A stretch of DNA of 32,000 nt, taken from the NCBI GenBank assembly GCA_031548165.1, contig JAVBRI010000001.1:53150-85149 (forward strand), given 5' to 3'. This DNA is from Lachnospiraceae bacterium (GTDB lineage Bacteria > Bacillota > Clostridia > Lachnospirales > Lachnospiraceae). The position numbers and the translations under genes are program-made. Position 1 is the first letter of the stretch, and each line of letters opens with the position of its first letter. The notes under the pieces were generated by a model. The model saw only the letters and a list, made by a program, of their open reading frames with translations, made no database searches and was not told the DNA's origin. Shown here in pieces: positions 8,058 through 16,244 of the stretch.

Positions 8058-9974
8058 ATGGCTATAACAAAAATGATGAACATAAGGAATTCAAAAGCAC
8101 ATCCGAGGAAGGCTGGGAAACATTTAATAAATGCGTTGAATTATATAACGAATCCAGAAAAAACAAAAGATGGATTATATGTAGGTGCAGTAAATTGTTT
8201 GGCAAATCCTAAGTCAGCATTTATTCAGATGTCAAATACAAAGAAAGCATTAAATAAAAACGGTTGCAGGCAGGCATATCATTTTGTTTTATCTTGTCCT
8301 CCAGAAGAAGGCAGTCCGAAAATAATGATGGAGATAACAGAAAAATTTATAAAAGAATATTTGAAAGATAAATATGAAGTGTTATATGCAGTTCATGATA
8401 ATACTGAAAAAATGCATAGTCATTTAATATTTAATTCAGTTAGTTTTGTTACAGGAAAAAAATATGAATATAAGAATGGTGATTGGAAAAAATCCATTCA
8501 GCCAATAGTAAATAAATTGTGTGAAGAATATGGTTTGAGTTCTATTGAATTAGATGATTATGATACAGATAAAAATAAAAAAGGTGAAGAAAATAAGAGT
8601 GATAAAAAAATAAATCATCGTGAGCAATTACAAAAAGATATTAATGATGCAATAGAAAGATGTTCATCATATGATGAGTTTTTACAAATTATGAAAAATG
8701 AAAAAGAATATAAAATTAATTATGGAAAATATCTTTCTATGAAATCAAAAATAGGATTATCATACATACGTGTTAAAAGTTTAGGTGAACTATATACTGA
8801 AGATATGATTAAATTAAAAATATCTATGAAGAAAGGAAAATTTAAAAAGTATTCATATAAAAAAATTTCAAGAGCAAAAATTGTGTGGACCAAGCAAAGA
8901 CATAAAAAAATAAATTATAAAGAAATGTCTTCATATCAAAAATGGGTTTTTAGAAAATTCATGAAACAAAAACAATTAAAAAGAAATACTTATGCAGCTA
9001 ATACTTGGAAATATAAAGAGGATGTGAAAAGCTTTAAAAAAGTTCAAGAAGAATATTTATTTATAATTAATAATAAAATAAAAAAGCCAGCGGACCTATA
9101 CATTCTTAAAAATAAATTAGAAAAGGAAAGGTTTAGCTTAATAAATGAAAGAAGAATTTTTAATCAGGAAGGAAAATTATATGCTGAAGTTATAGAACAA
9201 TATAATAGATTAAAAGAGCTAGAGGTAAGACACTTTTTATATTTAGATGATGACAATAAAACATTTAAAAAAGAATATGACGAGTATATTGAAATAAAAA
9301 ATCAAATTACATTACAAGGATATGATCTAAAAGATTTAAATACATATATGAAAGATGTTTATTATAAAAAAGATGAATTTAAAAATAAAAGTTATTATTT
9401 AAATAGAGATATAAAAATTCTAGAGAGATTAGTATTAAAAGATAATGCTGATGAAATATATAAAATATATAATTTAAAAGAAAGCAATGAAAATGTAGAA
9501 GTAAAGGAGAGCGAAAATTTTAATATATGGAGTAAAAGTTTGGTTGTACGCTCATATGAATTCGCAAGAGTTTTTAATCACAATACAGAAAATGATTATT
9601 CAAAAGAAAATAATTATATCATCTGTGATAGGTTAAATCCCCTGAATTATATAATAGTTAAATCCGAACGTGATGTTTTCGATAATGAGGAATATACAAA
9701 GTCATCATATTATGTTTATAAAAACAATGAATTTAATGGGGAGTTTAATGATGGGAGGTTTAAGGGGAGAGCTGAATACTATTGGTATGATCTTCGTAAC
9801 CGTATGAAAAATATATCAGGAATGAAGGATGATAATGTAATTTTCAATAATGAAGAAAATTATAAGAAATACTGTGATGCATATATAAAATCAAAGGATA
9901 CAAAAGAAAGGAATCCAAGTAATGAAGAAGATAGTAACATTTCCAGTTCGTATGACCATGGAAGAACGATGTAA
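8058..9974 (+). CDS. MobA/VirD2-family relaxase (relaxase/mobilisation nuclease domain) with a long Lys/Asn/Tyr-rich C-terminal region
   Basis: The N-terminus 'MAITKMMNIRNSKAHPRKAGKHLINALNYITNPEKT' is typical of this family. His-triad context 'VHDNTEKMHSHLIFNSVS'. RBS AAGGAG lies 7 nt before the ATG at 8058. The start at 7938 in the ORF track reads through the palindromic oriT-like region and is unlikely. Confidence 0.8.
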   Translation: MAITKMMNIRNSKAHPRKAGKHLINALNYITNPEKTKDGLYVGAVNCLANPKSAFIQMSNTKKALNKNGCRQAYHFVLSCPPEEGSPKIMMEITEKFIKEYLKDKYEVLYAVHDNTEKMHSHLIFNSVSFVTGKKYEYKNGDWKKSIQPIVNKLCEEYGLSSIELDDYDTDKNKKGEENKSDKKINHREQLQKDINDAIERCSSYDEFLQIMKNEKEYKINYGKYLSMKSKIGLSYIRVKSLGELYTEDMIKLKISMKKGKFKKYSYKKISRAKIVWTKQRHKKINYKEMSSYQKWVFRKFMKQKQLKRNTYAANTWKYKEDVKSFKKVQEEYLFIINNKIKKPADLYILKNKLEKERFSLINERRIFNQEGKLYAEVIEQYNRLKELEVRHFLYLDDDNKTFKKEYDEYIEIKNQITLQGYDLKDLNTYMKDVYYKKDEFKNKSYYLNRDIKILERLVLKDNADEIYKIYNLKESNENVEVKESENFNIWSKSLVVRSYEFARVFNHNTENDYSKENNYIICDRLNPLNYIIVKSERDVFDNEEYTKSSYYVYKNNEFNGEFNDGRFKGRAEYYWYDLRNRMKNISGMKDDNVIFNNEENYKKYCDAYIKSKDTKERNPSNEEDSNISSSYDHGRTM

Positions 9975-10248
9975 GCTTGAAGAAAAAGCAAAAGTTTCTA
10001 ATACTACAAAATCCGAGCTGTTACGTAAATTCATTAATGATGAAAAAATAATGGTCTATGATATGGAAGCAATCGGTGCAATGAAAAGCTTATGCAATGA
10101 AGTAAATAAAATAGGAGTTAATATAAACCAGATAGTACGCAATGAAAATATGCATTATTATAGTGAATATGAGAAAAAGAAGCTGTTTGCATTACAGCAA
10201 AAAATGCTAGAGCAATTAACTGATATTCAGGATAAGTTCTACCAGTGA
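9922..10248 (+). CDS. mobC: MobC-type relaxosome accessory protein (RHH N-terminus plus MobC motif)
   Basis: 'VRMTMEERCKLEEKAK' (RHH-like) and 'LCNEVNKIGVNINQIVRNEN' (MobC NxNQ signature). It overlaps the relaxase 3' end by 53 nt in another frame. The ATG at 9952 is an alternative start. Confidence 0.7.
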   Translation: MKKIVTFPVRMTMEERCKLEEKAKVSNTTKSELLRKFINDEKIMVYDMEAIGAMKSLCNEVNKIGVNINQIVRNENMHYYSEYEKKKLFALQQKMLEQLTDIQDKFYQ

Positions 10249-10252
10249 AAGG

Positions 10253-10279
10253 AAATCCCTCGTGACGAGGGATTTTTTT
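10253..10279 (+). terminator. Hairpin family copy B (AAATCCCTCG-TGA-CGAGGGATTT plus T-run)
   Basis: Core identical to copy A. Box 2 (GTATCAAAAACGCACCAC) follows at 10291-10308. Confidence 0.75.
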
Positions 10280-10361
10280 GAGTGAAAAAAGTATCAAAAA
10301 CGCACCACAAATAGAAGCAAATATGAATATGATTGATAAAAAGCAGGAAGGAGGAGACTTA

Positions 10362-11234
10362 GTGATTGAAAATAGCGACAAACACATTATATCTTTACTT
10401 GAGGAATACAAGGATTTTACTACTGAACTTGGAGTAGAACAAACAGAAGAAGATAGAAGCTTTTTAAAAACATGTGCATATTACGGTTTTAAACTAGAAA
10501 TAGTAAAAAGAATATATCCCTTTGATAAGGATGCAAGAAATAGGCTTTGTAAGATGTACATAAACACATTTACCATTATGGATAATACTTGCGTTTCAAA
10601 ATGGTTTGATAGAGGTGTAAAAATAACAGAAGAATATTCAACCTCTATGTACTTTAATATGTTGATTAGTACAGTTTTAAGTATTGCAGTTGACCTTAAT
10701 CATCCATATGAAGAATATCAAACATATTTCGACGAAAAAGACGACAAAGGTGATCCTATTAAAATAAGTGAATTAATTGCGATTAAAAATAGTTATCAAA
10801 ATTCAAAAGAAAAGATTAATCAACTAAAAGAAGTTTTTGAGAGAGTTCCTAATGTATTAAAACAAAATGATTTAGAATCTCAAATAAAATCATTAGAGTT
10901 AAAGGTTGTGTCTTTGTCAGATGAAGTTAATGAAAAGCAATATCAATTAGAGGAGTTGGAGAGACGAGTAAAAGAAGCAGCAGAAGAAGAGACTTCTCAA
11001 GAAAAGGCAGGTAGTAAGAAAAAGAATAAAGTATTTTTTAAGAGAAAATCAAAAAAACAATTAATATCTAGGATGATTGAAATGGGATATAATGCAGAAC
11101 GTATTAGGATAATAAAAGATGCTTTATTAAAAGGAGTTGCTGTTACAACATTAATAGGTATTGTTGAACTGGATGTGGAAACAGAGATTTTACGGGAAAC
11201 TGTAGGATGTTTACAAGGAAAGGCAAACCTATAA
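10362..11234 (+). CDS. Hypothetical coiled-coil protein, first gene of the T4SS block
   Basis: The GTG at 10362 is preceded by GGAGGAG (10350-10356). The TTG at 10278 in the ORF track would translate the conserved hairpin/box-2 intergenic module. The central coiled coil includes 'SLELKVVSLSDEVNEKQYQLEELERRVKEAAEEE'. Confidence 0.5.
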   Translation: MIENSDKHIISLLEEYKDFTTELGVEQTEEDRSFLKTCAYYGFKLEIVKRIYPFDKDARNRLCKMYINTFTIMDNTCVSKWFDRGVKITEEYSTSMYFNMLISTVLSIAVDLNHPYEEYQTYFDEKDDKGDPIKISELIAIKNSYQNSKEKINQLKEVFERVPNVLKQNDLESQIKSLELKVVSLSDEVNEKQYQLEELERRVKEAAEEETSQEKAGSKKKNKVFFKRKSKKQLISRMIEMGYNAERIRIIKDALLKGVAVTTLIGIVELDVETEILRETVGCLQGKANL

Positions 11235-11251
11235 GAGAGGAGAAAAAAAGA

Positions 11252-12241
11252 ATGGGTGATTTAAATGCAGAGGCTCAGATAGTAAAGGTAACCATGGAAG
11301 AACTTAATTTTTTCTTTAAAGTTTCAGGAAAATTAGGTGCAGAAGCTATGAAAGCCTTATTTAAGCTTATAAAGTTTTTGGGGTATGATATAGCTTATAA
11401 AAATCATAAAGAAAATAAAATTGAAAACATTAAAGGAGAGGTTGATTTTAAAAACTTTAAGAAGAAGTATAAAGGGGATGATATTTCAATTGTAGAGTTA
11501 AGTGAAGGAGATGCGAAAAAGTTTATAGATATGTGTGAAAAAACAGGAATTGCAGTAACGAGATTACCAGATCTTAATTGTGAAGATGGTAAAGTTCAGT
11601 TTTTTGTATCAAATTCAACAATGCCCAATATCAAATTTATTTTTGAGAAACTTAATCAGTATCATATGGAGCGAGGAGAGGATGTTGAACCTGGAAAAGA
11701 AATAACGGCAATGGATTATGTTAGGAGTTCTCTTGGTGAGACAGATGAAGAGAAAGTTAAGAATTTTTGTAATGAAGTAGAAAAAATGTCAAGTAAATAC
11801 GAAGACATCAGTAAAGAGCAAATTGAAGATTTAAAAAAAAATATTGGGTTAGGTAATGAAAAAGAAGTAAAGGAATTTATGACAAATGTATCAGATACAT
11901 CAAGAAAGGCACTTTTAGAAGAAAATGGATATGAAAAGGTCGAAGTATCTCAAAAACAATTTATAAAAGAGAGTAGTAATACTATTACATTTGTTGATTC
12001 AGAAGGTAAGAAGATGGAAGCAGATAAACATCTGGCCATAAAAGAAAATGGCAAAGTATTTATTTATTGTCCAAAGGATGAAAATGGTGGGTGTGGAAAG
12101 ATAATTTCAGAGGGTAAAAAACTAACTAAAGATGATATATCAAAAAGATTGAGTCAAGGAGATTCAAATAAATCAAACCAAACCAAAGATGCAAAGAAAT
12201 CTGCAAAAGCGACAAAGAAGGCAGAACCATTAAAGAAGTAG
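11252..12241 (+). CDS. PcfB-like (DUF3801) protein with a C-terminal extension
   Basis: 'KVSGKLGAEAMKALFKLIKFL...DAKKFIDMCEKTGIAVTRLPD...KVQFFVSNSTMPNIKFIFEKL' resembles DUF3801/PcfB. Its position directly upstream of the coupling protein matches pCF10-type systems. The ATG at 11252 follows GAGAGGAG. Confidence 0.5.
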   Translation: MGDLNAEAQIVKVTMEELNFFFKVSGKLGAEAMKALFKLIKFLGYDIAYKNHKENKIENIKGEVDFKNFKKKYKGDDISIVELSEGDAKKFIDMCEKTGIAVTRLPDLNCEDGKVQFFVSNSTMPNIKFIFEKLNQYHMERGEDVEPGKEITAMDYVRSSLGETDEEKVKNFCNEVEKMSSKYEDISKEQIEDLKKNIGLGNEKEVKEFMTNVSDTSRKALLEENGYEKVEVSQKQFIKESSNTITFVDSEGKKMEADKHLAIKENGKVFIYCPKDENGGCGKIISEGKKLTKDDISKRLSQGDSNKSNQTKDAKKSAKATKKAEPLKK

Positions 12242-12249
12242 GTGACAGT

Positions 12250-14553
12250 ATGAAAAACAAAACACAAGCTATTGGCAGAAAATTAAGTGCTGGCCAAAAA
12301 TCAATTTTTTTTGTTGGTGAAGTACTTTTAATTTTGGCTTCTTATATTCTAAGTGTATGTTTGTACAAAGCAGACGGAACGCTTGCTAATATGGATGAGT
12401 TTAGTTCTAACTTTGGTGCATTACAAAATGATATTTTAGTTATATTTAACTGGAAATATGTAAATAAAACATTTTTTATGATAGCAGTGTTACTATCAGT
12501 ATTTTATTTGCTACTATTTTTAGTTTGGAAATTAAAACCTAATAAATATGTTAGAGGAAGAGAGTATGGTTCTGCTGAATTTATAGATGTAAATGAAATA
12601 AACAAATTATTGGCATCAGCAGCTCTTGATTCAAAGTACATAATAAAGAGTTTTGATAAAAATAAAAAAACGGTAGAGATAAACACAGAAAATAGACCAA
12701 TTAGCAGTAATTTGAGTATAAATGTGAATGGAAATAAGGTTCATAGAAGAAACTTAAATATGTTGGTTGTGGGTGGTTCGGGAGCTGGTAAAACACAATT
12801 TGTAGTAAGACCTATATTAATGCAGCAATCAGGGAGTTTTATTATTACTGATCCTAAAGGTGAAATATTACAATCAACAGGGGAGATGTTAAAAGAGGCT
12901 GGCTATAAAATATTGGTATTCAACTTACTAGATGCAAACGGAATGTTAAAATCAAATCACTATAATCCGTTTAAGTATATTAAATCACAAACAGATATAT
13001 TAAAGCTTATAACAAACCTAATAAAAAACACAAAACCTCCAGAAGCTACACAAGGAGATCCTTTTTGGGAAAATGCTGAAAAGCTGTTATTGCAAGCTAT
13101 ATTCTTTTATGTATGGATGGAATGTGAAGAAAGGGAAAGAAATTTCAGAAAGGTTATGGAGCTTCTTGAAAAAGCAGAGTTTCAAGAAGATGCACGTGGC
13201 CAAAAGTTAGATTCGGAATTAGATAAAATATTTAGTGAGCTAGAATCAAGGGAAAAAGAAAGAAACGATTCAAACGGAAATGGCGGAGTATGTAGACATC
13301 CAGCAGTACTTGCTTATAACAAAGTAATGCGTGGAGCAGCAGATACTGTGCGTTCAATCATTATATCTGCAAATGCAAGGTTAGCTTGTATAAACAATGA
13401 AATACTAACGCTCTTAGATAGTGATGAGTTCAATATTTCAGAGATAGGGGCAGGCGTAAATTATGATGGAAAAACAAAAACAGCAGTTTTTTGTGTAATT
13501 CCAGATAATGACAAGACTTATAGTTTTCTTATAGGTATGCTATATACACAAATATTTCAGCAATTATATTTTTATGCAGACTTTCTAAGTGGAAAACGTT
13601 CATTACCAATCCCTGTAACATTCGTACTTGATGAATTTGCAAATGTGGCATTGCCAGATGATTTTTTGTCATTGTTGTCAACAATGAGAAGCAGAAATAT
13701 TAGTTCTATTCCTATAATACAAAACTTTGCACAGATAAAAGGACTGTATAAAGATAACTGGGAGAACATTCCTGGGAACTGTGATATTTTACTATACTTA
13801 GGAGGAAATGAACAATCAACACATGAATATGTTTCAAAATCTTTAGGCGAAGGTACATATGATAAGGATTCAAGTAGTGAAACAAAAGGTCGTCAAGGCT
13901 CCTCAAGTCATTCTTTTGATAAATTTGGCCGAAAACTTATGACTGAAAGTGAAGTAAGAGAAATCGATAACGAAAAGTGTCTTGTTTTTGTAAGAGGCTT
14001 TAAGCCAGTTGAAGATTTTAAGTATGATACATTCTCTCATCCTTTATGGTACAAGGTTGCCGATGCAAATTATGCACATGATGCTCGGAATAATAGAGAA
14101 GAGCAACATAGTTATAAAGAAGGCTTTGAACTAATATGTCAGGAAATGTATGAGGCGTTTAAAAAGAAGGAGGAATATGATAATGAAACAAAGCTAGAAG
14201 AAGAGCGAACTCGTACAGTATTTGAATTTACATATGAACAATTAATGGCAATATCAATAGAGGATGGTCTAGAAGAAAGTACATTGTTTTCAAAAGAGCA
14301 ATTAGAAGAAAATGAGAGAATTTGTAATAAAATGCTTAAAGATAACGAAGCAGAAAATGCTAAAGCAGAACAAATGCTTAATTCTAAGTATTTAAAAGAT
14401 GTAATGATTCTTCGTAAAAATGACTTTTCAATGGAACAAGTACAAAAGTTAATTCCTTTTTTGGATAAAGGGAAAAGTGCAGAGGACGTGCTAGTATTAT
14501 TTTCATCTAGTATGGGATTAGATGAGATAGAGGCATATGTTGAAATGATTTAG
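12250..14553 (+). CDS. Type IV coupling protein (VirD4/TraG/PcfC family)
   Basis: Two N-terminal TM helices, Walker A 'VVGGSGAGKTQ', Walker B 'VTFVLDEFAN', and an 'IIQNFAQIK' region typical of TraG/VirD4. Confidence 0.85.
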   Translation: MKNKTQAIGRKLSAGQKSIFFVGEVLLILASYILSVCLYKADGTLANMDEFSSNFGALQNDILVIFNWKYVNKTFFMIAVLLSVFYLLLFLVWKLKPNKYVRGREYGSAEFIDVNEINKLLASAALDSKYIIKSFDKNKKTVEINTENRPISSNLSINVNGNKVHRRNLNMLVVGGSGAGKTQFVVRPILMQQSGSFIITDPKGEILQSTGEMLKEAGYKILVFNLLDANGMLKSNHYNPFKYIKSQTDILKLITNLIKNTKPPEATQGDPFWENAEKLLLQAIFFYVWMECEERERNFRKVMELLEKAEFQEDARGQKLDSELDKIFSELESREKERNDSNGNGGVCRHPAVLAYNKVMRGAADTVRSIIISANARLACINNEILTLLDSDEFNISEIGAGVNYDGKTKTAVFCVIPDNDKTYSFLIGMLYTQIFQQLYFYADFLSGKRSLPIPVTFVLDEFANVALPDDFLSLLSTMRSRNISSIPIIQNFAQIKGLYKDNWENIPGNCDILLYLGGNEQSTHEYVSKSLGEGTYDKDSSSETKGRQGSSSHSFDKFGRKLMTESEVREIDNEKCLVFVRGFKPVEDFKYDTFSHPLWYKVADANYAHDARNNREEQHSYKEGFELICQEMYEAFKKKEEYDNETKLEEERTRTVFEFTYEQLMAISIEDGLEESTLFSKEQLEENERICNKMLKDNEAENAKAEQMLNSKYLKDVMILRKNDFSMEQVQKLIPFLDKGKSAEDVLVLFSSSMGLDEIEAYVEMI

Positions 14554-14580
14554 ATTTTAAGAGAATAAAGGAGATTAATT

Positions 14581-14898
14581 ATGATAACAAACAAGATAAA
14601 AAAATTAGGTTTATTAGTAACATTATTTAGTATGTCAGTAACTTCAGGTGCATTTGCATCAACATCAGGAGCAGCTTCGACGGATAGTATTCTAGCTCCT
14701 ATAAATAATTTAAAGGTATTAGTAATTGCAATAGTTGGATTAGCAGGTGTAATCATTTTAGTAAAAGAAATCATGGAATTTTCAAGTGCATATAAAGCAG
14801 CAGATGGTACAGGTATGCAATCTGCATTAAAAGGAATTATTGGAGCAGTTCTTATGATTGGAATATCAGCAGTTCTTACGTTCTTAGGTATTAAGTAA
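14581..14898 (+). CDS. VirB2/TrbC-like small membrane protein (pilin-like)
   Basis: Signal peptide 'MITNKIKKLGLLVTLFSMSVTSGAFA' followed by two hydrophobic helices, 105 aa. It lies directly upstream of the VirB6-like, VirB3-like and VirB4 genes. Confidence 0.45.
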   Translation: MITNKIKKLGLLVTLFSMSVTSGAFASTSGAASTDSILAPINNLKVLVIAIVGLAGVIILVKEIMEFSSAYKAADGTGMQSALKGIIGAVLMIGISAVLTFLGIK

Positions 14899-14921
14899 AG
14901 TAAAAGATTGGAGGGATACAT

Positions 14922-15779
14922 ATGGGTGATGCTGCAGCCAATTTTTTTGAATTAGGTATTAAGGTTTGGAACACATTGATAGAGGCAGCAATAGGGCTTC
15001 TTTCAATGTCACCTGAAACATTTAATCCAACAGCGTGGGTAATGGTTGAAAAGCTAAATAATTATTTATTTGTTCCAGTTGCACAAGGTCTTTTGATAAT
15101 ATTTTTTGTAATAGGATTTTGCGAATCAACAATAGATATCAGAAGAGAATTTAAAATGGAATCAGTAATAAAAATGCTTCTAAAAGTATGCATTAGTAGT
15201 GGTCTGGTATCATATAGCTTAACTATTACAAAAGGGATATTACAAACAGGTGCAAATTTTGCAATTGCAGTTACTCAATATTCGGGAGGGGCGACCGCAG
15301 GTACACAGTACAAATTTGACACAATGATTGCTAATATAAGAGATTTAGGTTTTTTTGAAGGTTTGGGAGTCTTGGCGCTTAATTTAATTGCGGTGCCAGT
15401 TATATGTGTTATGTCAGTTATGATTTATTATACTTGCCTAATTAGATTATTAAAAATATACACGTTAATACCGTTTGGAAGTTTAGCATTTGCAAGTGCA
15501 GCAGGAGGCCAAACAACAGGGCAATCTCAGTCTGCTTTTGTTAAATACATAATTTCTGTTGCTGGAGAAGCAGTATTTATAGTTGTTGCAATAGTTATGT
15601 CTGTTGCAATAACAAAGAATGGGGGGTTAGGCCTAGCAGGGTTGTTTGGAATAAATGTTAATACTAGTAGTTTTAGCTCAGTTGCATGTTCGTTGATAGA
15701 GGTTATAATCAATCTTTTGGTTACAGTTGGGTTAATAAAAGGCGGGCAAGGTATTTTACAAAAGGCTTTTGCATTATAG
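14922..15779 (+). CDS. VirB6/TrbL-like polytopic membrane protein
   Basis: 285 aa with about 6 TM segments, Gly/Ala-rich, at the conserved position in the T4SS operon. Confidence 0.5.
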   Translation: MGDAAANFFELGIKVWNTLIEAAIGLLSMSPETFNPTAWVMVEKLNNYLFVPVAQGLLIIFFVIGFCESTIDIRREFKMESVIKMLLKVCISSGLVSYSLTITKGILQTGANFAIAVTQYSGGATAGTQYKFDTMIANIRDLGFFEGLGVLALNLIAVPVICVMSVMIYYTCLIRLLKIYTLIPFGSLAFASAAGGQTTGQSQSAFVKYIISVAGEAVFIVVAIVMSVAITKNGGLGLAGLFGINVNTSSFSSVACSLIEVIINLLVTVGLIKGGQGILQKAFAL

Positions 15780-15790
15780 GAGGACAAACA

Positions 15791-16228
15791 TTGTTAAGAA
15801 TAAAAGTAAACAAAGATATAACAAATTATTCAGAGGGGCTTTTTTTAGGTCTTTCAATGAAAGAGATGGGCAACTATTTACTGTCTGTAATAGTTGCGGT
15901 TGCATCTATTGGATTGTTTAGTTTAATGATGCCATTTACACTTGCTGTATATGCAGCCATTCCATTTATTGCATTAACGGCATTATCAGGCCGCAAATTT
16001 GGGAATCTGAGCATAAAAGAGATAATAGAGTATTATCCAACATATAAGAGATTGAAAAAAGGAATTGAGTATTCATCAACAGAATGCCCAGAGGAGATAG
16101 AATCTGTGATAGAAAATACACAGGATACGACTAAAGAGGATATTAATAAGCAGCTCAAGAAAGCAATTATATCTATTGGTGTAGTGATTGGTATTATTAT
16201 CACTATAATATTATGGTTAGTAATTTAA
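15791..16228 (+). CDS. PrgI-family / VirB3-like membrane protein (TTG start)
   Basis: The TTG at 15791 follows AGGAGG (15778-15783). 'LFLGLSMKEMGNYLL' plus two TM helices is PrgI-like. The start at 15686 in the ORF track overlaps the preceding gene by 94 nt. Confidence 0.5.
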   Translation: MLRIKVNKDITNYSEGLFLGLSMKEMGNYLLSVIVAVASIGLFSLMMPFTLAVYAAIPFIALTALSGRKFGNLSIKEIIEYYPTYKRLKKGIEYSSTECPEEIESVIENTQDTTKEDINKQLKKAIISIGVVIGIIITIILWLVI

Positions 16229-16244
16229 AACAGAGGAGGTAACG

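Noticed and set aside
10278-10361. Upstream-extended start codons chosen by the ORF track: 509, 2839, 10278, 11207, 15686, 21359, 23869, 24108 and 27213.
   Set aside because: In each case a downstream in-frame start has a proper GGAGG-type RBS at 6-11 nt. The extensions would translate conserved intergenic hairpin or box sequences (10278, 24108), overlap the previous gene substantially (11207, 15686), or contain the RBS itself (509, 21359, 23869, 27213).
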